From a virus: a stretch of DNA of 64,000 bases. The notes under the pieces were generated by a model. That model did no database searches. It was not told the origin of the DNA and was given only the letters and a program-made list of their open reading frames with translations. Made by a program: the position numbers and the translations under genes. Each line of letters begins with the position of its first letter. Position 1 is the first letter of the stretch. The stretch lies in the IMG/VR virus record IMGVR_UViG_3300000114_000007, positions 13 through 64,012 of that record. One strand, given 5' to 3'. Shown here in pieces: positions 21,073 through 30,824 of this stretch.

Positions 21073-21542
21073 TTAGTTTCCTCACTTTTCTTTTTAGATT
21101 CTTTTAATTTTTTGCGCTCGCTACGTCCTTTTTTAATTGTGTCTATAGACACCCAGCCACCATCAACTTTTGAAAAGCCAATGAGTCTAAAATCAATTTC
21201 AGGGTAGCGCGATAATAAAAGCTTTTCTTTAATAACATCCATTGGTTTCATAAACCCTTTGGTGTCTACAACTATTTCATGACCATTTTTCATGATAAGA
21301 TTAAAATCAGAAACATAGTTTATTCCATTGTATTTTTTATTGTTATGTACAAAAGGCGGCAAAATCTCATATTTTACTTGTGTTTTACATGATAAAATAT
21401 CTCCACTGTTAATGCCCGGTTCAACGATTTCTCTAAAATAGCGTAGCTCTAAATCGCTGGCGTATACAATACCCTTATAAGTTCTCTTTGCTTGTTTTTC
21501 TTTGGATTTATCTACATTGTATTTATCTTTTTTTATTAACAT
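21060..21542 (-). CDS. DUF1064-like PD-(D/E)xK nuclease
   Basis: YKGIVYASDLE...QVKYEI...YVSDF...VVDTKG motifs. Confidence 0.75.
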   Translation of the reverse strand: MLIKKDKYNVDKSKEKQAKRTYKGIVYASDLELRYFREIVEPGINSGDILSCKTQVKYEILPPFVHNNKKYNGINYVSDFNLIMKNGHEIVVDTKGFMKPMDVIKEKLLLSRYPEIDFRLIGFSKVDGGWVSIDTIKKGRSERKKLKESKKKSEETKCQK

Positions 21543-21565
21543 GCTTTCCCCTTATTAAAAACAAC

Positions 21566-21600
21566 AAAATAGGGGAGAGGCATAATTCTCTCCCCTATAG
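21566..21600 (-). terminator. Intrinsic terminator
   Basis: ATAGGGGAGAG...CTCTCCCCTAT stem followed by TTTGTTGTTTTT on minus. Confidence 0.7.
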
Positions 21601-21612
21601 GTCGTTTTATCA

Positions 21613-21873
21613 TTATCTTTTTAGTTCAAAATTCTTACCCGGCTCACCTTTGTAATATATCATGTGATTAATATCAGCCTTGTAATCATCCGGAACAGAT
21701 AGCTGAAGATATTTGCCGTCAAAATCAATAACGAGGATATTAGAGCCTTTATTATAATTTATAATTTTACACTTCTTTATTTTCCACGCGTCTTTACTTG
21801 TTTTAACAATATCTTCTTTAATTGGTAAAAAATCAATAGATTCAACATAGTTGGTTTCTGTATTTCCCCTCAT
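21613..21873 (-). CDS. Hypothetical protein
   Basis: 86-aa ORF with GGAGG RBS. Confidence 0.6.
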   Translation of the reverse strand: MRGNTETNYVESIDFLPIKEDIVKTSKDAWKIKKCKIINYNKGSNILVIDFDGKYLQLSVPDDYKADINHMIYYKGEPGKNFELKR

Positions 21874-21888
21874 TCAAACCTCCTAATA

Positions 21889-22617
21889 TTAATCATCCTC
21901 TTCGATGAGATTCATATCTAACATATCGCCGTTCTTGTCGGCCATCAGGTCAAAAGTAATACTAAGTGTGCTGGGATCGCCGGTATTGCTCAAAGCAAGA
22001 GAGAACGCAGTCTGCGGAGACGCTTTATATGCTTTCAATAACATGGGCAACGGATCACCGCCCTCTTCATCCTTGTATACCGTTTCACCATAGACAATAT
22101 AATCTCTGGGAAACTTTTTGCTGTTAAAATTAACAGTAGAGACACCAGAGGTTTTTTCCATAAGGTAGTACACTATATATGTGTCGCCATCAGTTCCACC
22201 AGTGAGAGTAATCTCTTCTCCGGCCACCGTGATTTCTTCTGCCTCTCCACAATCATCCTCATAGGGATAAACATAAACAGAACCCGGTAACGGCGCTCTT
22301 GCAACGGTTAACTTTCCACCCGTCAATGTCACTTCTTCTCGCTTTAAGACTTCTGCCACACTGGTGATGTCGGAACCCGCCAACATAGCAAACAACTTCA
22401 TAGGAGTAATCTGTGTATCTAGTTTCATTGTTCCGGTTTTTTCACCATCAAAGACTACTCGTATGGGAGCTCCCTGACCACCACGAGCATAAACACGGTT
22501 TGCGGTCATATCTGTGGTGGTTACATTAGCAAAATCTATGTTTAGAAAAGGTTTCTTTGTCGCATAATTAACCAATACTACATCTATGCACTCTCTATTG
22601 GCAACATTTTTATTCAT
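21889..22617 (-). CDS. Major tail tube protein
   Basis: ANRE...YARGGQG...GDPSTLSITFDLM pattern of SPbeta-like tail tubes; AAGGAGG RBS. Confidence 0.75.
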   Translation of the reverse strand: MNKNVANRECIDVVLVNYATKKPFLNIDFANVTTTDMTANRVYARGGQGAPIRVVFDGEKTGTMKLDTQITPMKLFAMLAGSDITSVAEVLKREEVTLTGGKLTVARAPLPGSVYVYPYEDDCGEAEEITVAGEEITLTGGTDGDTYIVYYLMEKTSGVSTVNFNSKKFPRDYIVYGETVYKDEEGGDPLPMLLKAYKASPQTAFSLALSNTGDPSTLSITFDLMADKNGDMLDMNLIEEDD

Positions 22618-22652
22618 TAAAAAATTCCTCCTTATTTTTCATTTAAACAATT

Positions 22653-22682
22653 AAAAAACACCCTACCAAATTAGCAGGATGT
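22653..22682 (-). terminator. Intrinsic terminator-like hairpin upstream of tail tube gene
   Basis: ACATCCTGCTAA-TTTGGTAGGGTGT followed by a T run. Confidence 0.55.
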
Positions 22683-23443
22683 CATTCTGTGGGTTTAATC
22701 CATTCACTGAGGTCAAAATCACCTCCAGCGAAAGCATAATTCATAGATCCAATATCTATGACTTTTTTATGGCTTATCTCTTGAAATTCATTGTATAGTT
22801 GATATATTGTCAAACACCAAATATCTTTGATGTTTATATTACTGTTAGACGCAACTTTTGAAATAATATTTCCAATACTCAAATTACCATCAGATTTCTT
22901 TTTTATCTTGGCTTTCTCTTGTTTTATTTTTTCAAGTATTTTTCTAGCTCTTTTGCTTTTTACTTTCGTGATGTCTATAACATCTGACTTAATATAATTC
23001 ATAGCTAAAATCAATTGAAATAATGAACGATAATTTTCTTTATCTATATAACCATTGAGGTGTCTATCTGAAATATAATCGTCGTTATTTCCTTCATCAA
23101 AAACTAAGAAAGACCTCTTCATGGGGTCGAACACTGTTTCCCCCACAATAAAAAAATTAAAAGCCTGTAAATATTGCTGAATAATTTCTGTGTTCAACGT
23201 AATTAAATCAAACAAACATGGTTGTTCTGTATCATCGAAAACAGGTGTGACTCCATCAATGTTCTGTCCATTAATAATATTAATTAATTCATTTTCTGAA
23301 ATAGAAAACATGCTTACAAGCACATGATAGTAAGAAAATCCAATTTTAGAAATGTCTTCAAGCGTTGGTTTTCGAATGTATCCAACACCTTGAAAATACA
23401 CGGGGAATGGGCTTAGGTAATCGGCCAAAGACAAGTTCGTCAA
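22682..23443 (-). CDS. Conserved morphogenesis protein
   Basis: 253 aa; IWCLTIYQL motif; between neck genes and tail tube. Confidence 0.6.
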   Translation of the reverse strand: MTNLSLADYLSPFPVYFQGVGYIRKPTLEDISKIGFSYYHVLVSMFSISENELINIINGQNIDGVTPVFDDTEQPCLFDLITLNTEIIQQYLQAFNFFIVGETVFDPMKRSFLVFDEGNNDDYISDRHLNGYIDKENYRSLFQLILAMNYIKSDVIDITKVKSKRARKILEKIKQEKAKIKKKSDGNLSIGNIISKVASNSNINIKDIWCLTIYQLYNEFQEISHKKVIDIGSMNYAFAGGDFDLSEWIKPTE

Positions 23444-23910
23444 CTACTACCACCAGCCCTATTAAACTCTTTTATTTTATACGTAAGAATTTTTCCGTGA
23501 AATCTTTCTTGTGGCCGGAACCTTTCAATAGAATATAGCTCTACTTTGCCTATTCCAAACCCCCTAGTTTTATTCATGAGTTGGTTGATTTCATGAATAA
23601 TCAAATCCGTCCGTACTCCATTTCTAAATTCAGGAATCATTAAGCTTTTATGTACAGAAACATAAAAACAAACATATACGTCCTTTATGGTTCCACTCGT
23701 TGTTCTGGGAACATCCACTTCAACACCAATAAAAGAAGCTTCTTCTACAACTACGTCGGGAACAAAATCATATGGAAAAATAAAATTATCTATTTCTCCA
23801 TCTTTTGTTACAATATTTTTTTTATTAAAAATAAGATCCAGTAATGGCTGAGATTTTTCAAGGCGTTTCTTGACCTCAACCTTATATTCTGTTAATGTAT
23901 CAATATTAAT
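23440..23910 (-). CDS. Tail terminator/neck protein, probable ATT start
   Basis: Frame of ORF 23440-23718 stays open to ATT 23910, 7 nt after GAGGGGTGA; IFPYDFVPD and RTDLI motifs. Confidence 0.65.
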   Translation of the reverse strand: MNIDTLTEYKVEVKKRLEKSQPLLDLIFNKKNIVTKDGEIDNFIFPYDFVPDVVVEEASFIGVEVDVPRTTSGTIKDVYVCFYVSVHKSLMIPEFRNGVRTDLIIHEINQLMNKTRGFGIGKVELYSIERFRPQERFHGKILTYKIKEFNRAGGSS

Positions 23911-23917
23911 ATTAAAA

Positions 23918-24991
23918 TCACCCCTCGCGACTCAAAATCGGCACAATGGAAATTTTTAATTCTGATTCAAAATACCCATAATCATTATCGTCAGCGCTCA
24001 CATTTAGTATAAATGATTTTCCTATATCTAAATCTGAATCAACTAAAATCTGTATTTCATTTTCATGTTGTGATAAAATTTTTATACCACTTGGATTCTC
24101 GATGTCTGGGGGAAATATGACGTCCCAACTCGGAACAATTGTGGGAATAAGATTGTCGTTATAGTCTTTGAATTGTGCCCTGAAAATTTTGGGATTGCCG
24201 CCAGATTTGATCGCGGGACCTCCATCATATTTAACATCACATGTTCCTTCTGCAACACTTGCTAATATTGGAGAATCTATATAGTTTGCGATCATTAGAT
24301 CCACATTATCCTTACATTGTTTGCCACTATCCTGTAAAACGTCTTCATCAACAATAATAGTTAAAAAACCACGACTATTATCTTCAATTGTTCCGGAAAT
24401 ATCATCAAATCTTGTAAGACGATAGGCAATAGGGATATTGTTTGAAGAACCGATTAAAAATCTTTTTCCAAGATAAAGTAACTTTGTTTCTTCATCATAT
24501 TGAAGTTTAATCTTATATTGATTCCCACCAACAGTAATTACTTTTCCTTCTTCGATGCCACTAGAATAAGGGTTTTCAACAACAACCCAGCGTTCTATAA
24601 TTTCATAAGTCTCTGGATTCTGCCATTTTAATAAATGACTACATTGCTTCATTCGGCCAGTTAAATAAACTTCGTTTGCCAGATCTTCAGCAGTAACTAA
24701 CCAGTGACTATTCTTATAATTAACAAGTTCGCCAAGATTAAAGCATTTTTCTCTATCAAAACTATGTATGACTTTTTCATTGGCGAATTCGGTATTTATA
24801 ATAATTAGATCCTTTAAAACACCATTTATCAAAACATTCGATTTATAAGACGGATTTGATTGAATGCTCCATGTTGCCCTTTCTACAAAATTATTGACAT
24901 ATTGATCTCTGTCGCCGAACGGAGCCACGCGTAAGTCATAGGCGTTGTAATTAGTCAACAGAATCACCGTCCCAAAAATAAGAATAATCAA
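23918..24991 (-). CDS. Head closure/neck protein
   Basis: GELVNY...WLV...MKQCSHLLKW pattern; position after adaptor; start probably TTG 24958. Confidence 0.6.
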   Translation of the reverse strand: MIILIFGTVILLTNYNAYDLRVAPFGDRDQYVNNFVERATWSIQSNPSYKSNVLINGVLKDLIIINTEFANEKVIHSFDREKCFNLGELVNYKNSHWLVTAEDLANEVYLTGRMKQCSHLLKWQNPETYEIIERWVVVENPYSSGIEEGKVITVGGNQYKIKLQYDEETKLLYLGKRFLIGSSNNIPIAYRLTRFDDISGTIEDNSRGFLTIIVDEDVLQDSGKQCKDNVDLMIANYIDSPILASVAEGTCDVKYDGGPAIKSGGNPKIFRAQFKDYNDNLIPTIVPSWDVIFPPDIENPSGIKILSQHENEIQILVDSDLDIGKSFILNVSADDNDYGYFESELKISIVPILSREG

Positions 24992-25376
24992 TTACCATTT
25001 GTTTAAACACTTTTCGCGCTTCTTTTTCTGTCTCTCTGTTTTGACCTAGCTGCAAATGTGGAGACGAAAGATAAAAATCTTTTGTGTTTAAAAACGATTT
25101 AAACAGTTCTCCCTGTAAAACCTTCGGCGACAACCACGCCACCCTCATTCCGTGACAAATAATATCTACTTCTTTGGGTGTTAAGTTAAAATTAAATTGC
25201 TCTAATTCATTATCCTTATCAAACAGATTTTTTTTACAGGTAACAAACTGAGAACAGGCAGAAACCATTAATGGATAAAGTAGAATGTCTCTATCATCCG
25301 GCGCTAACTGCCGAAGATCATAATCCGTAATCATTGGAACAAACATTTCATATATATCACCGTAGGTAGTCGCCAT
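24951..25376 (-). CDS. Head-tail adaptor protein
   Basis: MATTYGDIYEMF...ITDY, FNFNLT..EVDII...M..AWL; position after capsid. Confidence 0.65.
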   Translation of the reverse strand: MATTYGDIYEMFVPMITDYDLRQLAPDDRDILLYPLMVSACSQFVTCKKNLFDKDNELEQFNFNLTPKEVDIICHGMRVAWLSPKVLQGELFKSFLNTKDFYLSSPHLQLGQNRETEKEARKVFKQMVIDYSYFWDGDSVD

Positions 25377-25390
25377 AAAGACACTCCTTC

Positions 25391-25948
25391 CTACGATATA
25401 ATTTCGATCAATTTATATCCCAAAACGTCTTCTATGGCATTGATAACAGTTAAGTCGTTCAACTGTTTGGCCTCAATTAACGCTTTAGATTTTAGAGAAA
25501 TAGTATCTTTCAGCCCTTGAGGGGCCTTCTGAAGTTTTTCTTTTATTTCATCTGGGGTCATTCCAAAAATGTCGTCTACACTGCCGATCCCCAACATTGC
25601 TTCATACATTTTTTCAACACCAAGATATTTTAAAACCTCTTCATCGCGAATTAAAATCCAGTTTTTTTCAAAGAACCGTCTCTGAGAATTTCTCATGGAA
25701 ATAACCTCGGAAAGTTCCATTGGTTCCTCGTCGCCATATTGAGACCACTCAACCTGATACCCGAGGTTCCGAGCGCTCTTATAGATAAGAGGGCCACGAG
25801 TATTATTAATCACATAAACCATATCAGTTAAAGATAGTTTCGGCTTACTCTTTCTTGCTTTTGCGGTTTCCGTCTTAGTAGAAGCCTCATCTACCACAAC
25901 AACATTGGTCGCACCTTGAGTGCTATTACTTGTACTAGCTTTTGCCAT
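25391..25948 (-). CDS. Conserved head-region protein (YonA-like position)
   Basis: 185 aa immediately downstream of capsid gene; AGGAG RBS. Confidence 0.6.
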   Translation of the reverse strand: MAKASTSNSTQGATNVVVVDEASTKTETAKARKSKPKLSLTDMVYVINNTRGPLIYKSARNLGYQVEWSQYGDEEPMELSEVISMRNSQRRFFEKNWILIRDEEVLKYLGVEKMYEAMLGIGSVDDIFGMTPDEIKEKLQKAPQGLKDTISLKSKALIEAKQLNDLTVINAIEDVLGYKLIEIIS

Positions 25949-25971
25949 TCAAACACTCCTTTTATTTGTAG

Positions 25972-26007
25972 AAAATAAATGGTGACAATCAATTGACTGC
26001 CACCATA
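25972..26007 (-). terminator. Terminator after major capsid gene
   Basis: ATGGTGGCAGTC...GATTGTCACCAT followed by TTATTTT. Confidence 0.65.
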
Positions 26008-26024
26008 ACGAATCAATTGCTTTA

Positions 26025-27017
26025 TTACGCTATTTCATATACACCAAATTTATCAACGACAACGACAGCAACACCATAGCGCTCACCATAGAAGAACTCC
26101 TGTGTCATATCTGCGTTCGACATGGGGTCGCCCATCAAAAGAAGACTATCGCCTTCGGTGACAAACTTTATGGGCTTCATATCGGACACAACAATATAAA
26201 TTTTATTATCGTCGAGCAAGAAATTATCAGTATTGTCAATATGCACCTGTTTCATAGTAACAATGGACGTGCCGTTGAATTTACCGTAATAACCCATGTC
26301 ATACAGATCTTCCTTGGCGGAATCGGCAATGACATCGGGTTTAAGCTTCCGTGCCGCCTTCTTCGTACAGACAATAGTCGCTACTTTGTCAGTTGCGGCC
26401 TCAACGTGAGCAATCAGATCAATAAGCTTTTCCTCGTCATAGGAACCAGCAGTCGGATAATATGTAGCGCCAATAGTGGCAGCGGTAACACTATTCCACG
26501 CAGAATAAATATCATTAAAGGCTTTCTTCTTGAAAGAAGTCGCAACCAAAGAAATAAATTCATTAAAATCAATACGTCCGGCAAGAACACGATTCAGCTC
26601 ATCGTAAATTTTAATGGTTTTGAGTACGGTCGGAACGGTAATCTTTTGCCCAACATTGAGACGCTGACGACGAATACCATGAGTACCTTCTGCGGTATCG
26701 GAAACAACAAACAAACTATTATTGGGTGTCCAGAACTCATTCATGTCTCCAAGAGCCAGATTTTTATAATCAACAAAATTCATGAAAAACTCATTACCCT
26801 TTAACTCGTCAACAATAATACGAGAGATAATTTCTTCTACGATTGCAAAAAGGCCGATGCATTTGCCATCGCGCATTGCCTTGAAATTGAGTTTAGTGGA
26901 TCCACCATTTGCCTCAATCAACTCTTTTCTCAAAACATCCATAGTGTCGGCCTCAGAATAATTTCCGCTTTTTCCAAATTTATACGCTTCGTAAGCGATT
27001 TTTACAATATCATTCAT
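26025..27017 (-). CDS. Major capsid protein
   Basis: 330 aa after scaffold and decoration genes; FVDYKNLALGD..EF, IRRQRL, IYDELNRVLAG motifs; AGGAGG RBS. Confidence 0.85.
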   Translation of the reverse strand: MNDIVKIAYEAYKFGKSGNYSEADTMDVLRKELIEANGGSTKLNFKAMRDGKCIGLFAIVEEIISRIIVDELKGNEFFMNFVDYKNLALGDMNEFWTPNNSLFVVSDTAEGTHGIRRQRLNVGQKITVPTVLKTIKIYDELNRVLAGRIDFNEFISLVATSFKKKAFNDIYSAWNSVTAATIGATYYPTAGSYDEEKLIDLIAHVEAATDKVATIVCTKKAARKLKPDVIADSAKEDLYDMGYYGKFNGTSIVTMKQVHIDNTDNFLLDDNKIYIVVSDMKPIKFVTEGDSLLLMGDPMSNADMTQEFFYGERYGVAVVVVDKFGVYEIA

Positions 27018-27043
27018 ATTTTAATCCTCCTATCTTTTCTTAA

Positions 27044-27544
27044 TTAAGCTACTTTAATTACGTAGTAAGTATCGTTACCAACAATATCTACCGCGATGAT
27101 TGTGCCGACCTTGGTTGAACCAGCCGTAAGCGTAGAAGCAATGTTCATTTTCGTACCAGCTTTAAGTTCAACAATATTGCCAACTGCCGGGTTAGCCACG
27201 CCGTCGAGAACTTCCTTTGTAACAGAAAAAATATCACCGGGTTCAACCGCATAACCTCTAGCGAGTTTACTGGCCTCATTGAAAAACTCGTCAAGATTTT
27301 TAAGTCTTTCATCATACATGACCTCTGGGGTGGCAATTACGACAATATCCGAAATAGCAGAAGTGGCGGTGGGTGTACCACCAATAAATACCTCTCTATT
27401 ATTAGGATCGAGCGCCCCCAATAAAACAACGCAACCATTATCAATAGCTGCGTCAACATTGCTTACCTTGTATTTTACGGAATAAAGTTTCGATCCATCT
27501 GTAGTACCGGACATTTTGTCCGTTCTAATAATTCCATGTGCCAT
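27044..27544 (-). CDS. Capsid decoration protein
   Basis: IDNGCVV...TPEVMYD...ARGY...GDIFSV; between scaffold and capsid. Confidence 0.7.
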   Translation of the reverse strand: MAHGIIRTDKMSGTTDGSKLYSVKYKVSNVDAAIDNGCVVLLGALDPNNREVFIGGTPTATSAISDIVVIATPEVMYDERLKNLDEFFNEASKLARGYAVEPGDIFSVTKEVLDGVANPAVGNIVELKAGTKMNIASTLTAGSTKVGTIIAVDIVGNDTYYVIKVA

Positions 27545-27565
27545 TATTAAATTTCCTCCTTAATT

Positions 27566-29146
27566 TTAATTCAACGGTTTCTTGTTGTGTTTGGCGAAAA
27601 GTCCACCATAACCATCATCGCTAGGCGTGATGGTATTATCAACGGGAACCTTAACCTGATTTTTGTTCTTGGAATTTACATTTAAATTCACATTCAAAGA
27701 AAAATTAGCTGTTTCTCTACCTAAAATAGAAAAACACTCCTTTTTGAGTGCTTCTATTTCATATGTGCTTGAATTTTCTTTAAGCTTGGTATAGTCATCT
27801 ACACCGCTTAATTTTGAATCAAACCTGTCAAAGATTTCTTTTTCTGCGTCAGACCTTTGTTGTGCCTCAGTATTATCCCTGAACTCTTTCAAGGCATTAT
27901 AGTCATCAAGAGAGACAGGATGCTCACTCTTATACACCTCAAAATCCTCTTCAACGGATTTAATCTTGCCCTGAATGACTCCAAACAAAGAATTGATTGA
28001 CTTTTCGAAATATTCGTTAGACGAAGTATCCACAAAATCCTCATATACTGTTTTCTTCCGTTTGGCATTCTCAAAATCAAGTGAAATCGCATCGCCATTC
28101 TCCTGATAAGCAATACCATAAATTCTGTAGTTATCGCTTGCATCCCAAACAATAACCTCACCGCCTTGTAAGTCAACCAAAGAATATCTTGAAATTTCTC
28201 CCCAATAGGGATGCTCATAAGTTTGCTTAGAAAGCAAACAATAAATTTCGTCAATTTTTTCGGTCCAACTAAGCTCAAATTGGTTTTTAGGGGCTCCGTC
28301 TCCAGCATCATTTTTGTCATTTTTAGTTTTTGTAAAATCTATCAGTTTTAATTCCAAATCTTCAAGAGATAAAGAATCTATTTCAAAATCAAGATTATCA
28401 ACCGTGACATTATATTTCTGGAGCATTGCAAGTTTCTCGTTCAATACAACTGTACCTCCTTCTTCATAATTGTTTATATCATCACCATTGGGTGTTGATT
28501 GCTTACCAAGCACGAATTTAAGCTCTGTCATCATATTTAGCATCTTCTGTTTACTGTCCTCCAGCGTGTATTGCTCGGCTTTGGCTCCGCGCATACCAGT
28601 GCCGAATTTTGAACCGAGCAACGTAATGCCCTTATAACGATAAGCCAAAATATCGGTTATTCCGGTAGAATTATTATGTTTATATTTATCAACATAAATT
28701 TCCATAGAAAGTTTGATTTCTTCGTTGTTATCAAATACATCGGCAGCATAATTTATATATGGTTTAAAGATGTATAGGTCGGCATATACGTAATAAATAC
28801 CATCTTCGAGAAGGATCTCATAATTGCAATTCTCTGGAATCACCCCTAATGGCTGTTCATCATATATCAATCTGATACTACCATCGTTTGTTTTAGATTT
28901 TTCGAGATGAAAATCGTGTGCCCCAAAATCAACAGCCCCTTCTTCATCTATAACCACATTTGCCAAAACCGGAGTAATATAAATAGAAGATTCTGCTTCA
29001 TCTATCACGCTCTTTTCAAAGCTACTCTGATTTGGATTCACAGATGAATGCATAATTTTGGCTCTCATCCGTATAAATTTTTCGTTGTCATAGCTATCGT
29101 CCTTTTTAAAAGTCGCAACCAATGTCATGCTTTTCATACGCATCAC
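27566..29146 (-). CDS. Prohead protease/scaffold protein (YonD-like)
   Basis: MH...NPNQS.F, EQPLGVIP, LSMEI, GITLLG N-terminal protease-like region; acidic coiled-coil C-terminus. Confidence 0.75.
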   Translation of the reverse strand: MMRMKSMTLVATFKKDDSYDNEKFIRMRAKIMHSSVNPNQSSFEKSVIDEAESSIYITPVLANVVIDEEGAVDFGAHDFHLEKSKTNDGSIRLIYDEQPLGVIPENCNYEILLEDGIYYVYADLYIFKPYINYAADVFDNNEEIKLSMEIYVDKYKHNNSTGITDILAYRYKGITLLGSKFGTGMRGAKAEQYTLEDSKQKMLNMMTELKFVLGKQSTPNGDDINNYEEGGTVVLNEKLAMLQKYNVTVDNLDFEIDSLSLEDLELKLIDFTKTKNDKNDAGDGAPKNQFELSWTEKIDEIYCLLSKQTYEHPYWGEISRYSLVDLQGGEVIVWDASDNYRIYGIAYQENGDAISLDFENAKRKKTVYEDFVDTSSNEYFEKSINSLFGVIQGKIKSVEEDFEVYKSEHPVSLDDYNALKEFRDNTEAQQRSDAEKEIFDRFDSKLSGVDDYTKLKENSSTYEIEALKKECFSILGRETANFSLNVNLNVNSKNKNQVKVPVDNTITPSDDGYGGLFAKHNKKPLN

Positions 29147-29151
29147 CTCCT

Positions 29152-29343
29152 TTAAAAGAATAATGTATTGCCTAAAATATAATCAGATTTAGAAAAATCA
29201 CATAAAGAAAAATCATTGCCCGTTTTATTTTCAAACACGTACACTCTTTTATTGTTTACTTCTTGTTCTTGAAGGAGAGAATAATTTAATGTGAGCAACT
29301 TATCCCTCACTTGCTCATCGAAAACAAATACAAATTTATCCAT
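29152..29343 (-). CDS. Small conserved hypothetical protein
   Basis: 63-aa ORF between portal and protease with GGAG RBS. Confidence 0.6.
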   Translation of the reverse strand: MDKFVFVFDEQVRDKLLTLNYSLLQEQEVNNKRVYVFENKTGNDFSLCDFSKSDYILGNTLFF

Positions 29344-29356
29344 TTTTTATTTTCTC

Positions 29357-30808
29357 CTATCTATTCGAATTCGTCTCGTCTTCACGAGTCTGTGTTCCAG
29401 CATCGCCTACAGTTTCTCCGACATCTTCTGCCAGCGGTCTTCCACCCTCGCCGGACTGTGTATGAGCTGAAGATAATGGTTTAAAATTAGAAAAACCGAT
29501 TATGTTCTCTTCCAGCCAATTGGTAGAAATAATATCATTTGGAGTCATCCCCATAGTTGCACAAGCCATTGATTTTGTAGGAAGACTAGATTGAGAGTCT
29601 TTTAAATACATGTCATGCATCTCACGCTTATTAAACTGACTCACATCAAGCATAATGACTTTGAATTTATATTTGCTAGATTGCTGTCTTAAAATCTTAT
29701 TGATATTTCTTTCGATTTGCCTACCGAACGCAAAAGAGATTAATTCATCTGCCTGTATAGAAATAGTCAGTGCCGCAGACGATTGTGTATTACTGGTGAA
29801 AATATTTGAGCTTACACCGGCAGCAGACCAAAATTCATCTTGAGCGTTTTCAATTTTATTGATCTCTTTTGTTCCAGATTTATCAAAACTAATAGAGTCA
29901 ATCTCGGCGGGAGTTTGAAACGCGCCAATCTCTTCCGGAAGAATCCCAGACAATGCCCTAAAATAATCGTCTAACAGTTCTTTAGGTAGTGTTAATTGTC
30001 CCTCACTATCCAGTGGAATTTTTAAAGCAATCGCCTTATAAATCTCAATTTCATCTTTTGCTTTGGATAAATCTTTATAATCCTGAATATTGTAAATACC
30101 ATCAAAAACACCAGAAAAGGGGATAAGGGGGTACTCAACACTTTCATTAAACTTCAAACAAATTTGATACTTGTCGTCCGGCTCTTGCCAACGATTATTT
30201 GTGGTGTCTTGAAGATAAAGATTATATTTACTTATGAAATCCTGTCCATACATTTCCAATTTGTCTTGGTTCTGCCTAAAATAACTGAAGTCAAATGCAT
30301 AAGAAAAACACCCATCGGTTATTGAACTAATAGTGCAATAATCGCTGGGCATCTGTTTTATGTAAAAAGAATCTTTCGTTTGATAAATATATCCATAGAA
30401 CACGTCTTCTCGAACACACACTTGAGATATTCGCTGAAATGTGTTTCTAATATTCATTATTTCAACGAAATCAGCAACTTTCTTGTATTGTGTTTTATAA
30501 CTCTCAATGTCTACATTTGAAATATCAAGCCTATCTGGAACAAGAGTAAAAAATAAACAGTTTAAAAGAGCAAAATAGTCACAAAGTCGTTTATAATGTG
30601 GACTAGCAGTATAAAGATATCTTGACGCATCACGCAAATTTTTTATACTAGTTGTGGAACCGGGATTCCTTAACCAAGACACAATGCTTTCCTTTTTTAT
30701 CTGTGCAAATGGAGATGAATCAGATTTATTTGACTTTAAATCCCGAAGGATTAATTTATTTAGATTTGCAAAATTAAGAAGAGAATTGAAATCTTTTAAT
30801 TGTTCTAT
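29357..30808 (-). CDS. Portal protein, probable ATA start
   Basis: Follows terminase; LRDASRYLY, EDVFYGY, PLSSAHTQSG..GRP; frame open to ATA 30808, 7 nt after AAGGAGGTG. Confidence 0.8.
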   Translation of the reverse strand: MEQLKDFNSLLNFANLNKLILRDLKSNKSDSSPFAQIKKESIVSWLRNPGSTTSIKNLRDASRYLYTASPHYKRLCDYFALLNCLFFTLVPDRLDISNVDIESYKTQYKKVADFVEIMNIRNTFQRISQVCVREDVFYGYIYQTKDSFYIKQMPSDYCTISSITDGCFSYAFDFSYFRQNQDKLEMYGQDFISKYNLYLQDTTNNRWQEPDDKYQICLKFNESVEYPLIPFSGVFDGIYNIQDYKDLSKAKDEIEIYKAIALKIPLDSEGQLTLPKELLDDYFRALSGILPEEIGAFQTPAEIDSISFDKSGTKEINKIENAQDEFWSAAGVSSNIFTSNTQSSAALTISIQADELISFAFGRQIERNINKILRQQSSKYKFKVIMLDVSQFNKREMHDMYLKDSQSSLPTKSMACATMGMTPNDIISTNWLEENIIGFSNFKPLSSAHTQSGEGGRPLAEDVGETVGDAGTQTREDETNSNR

Positions 30809-30824
30809 ATTGACACACCTCCTT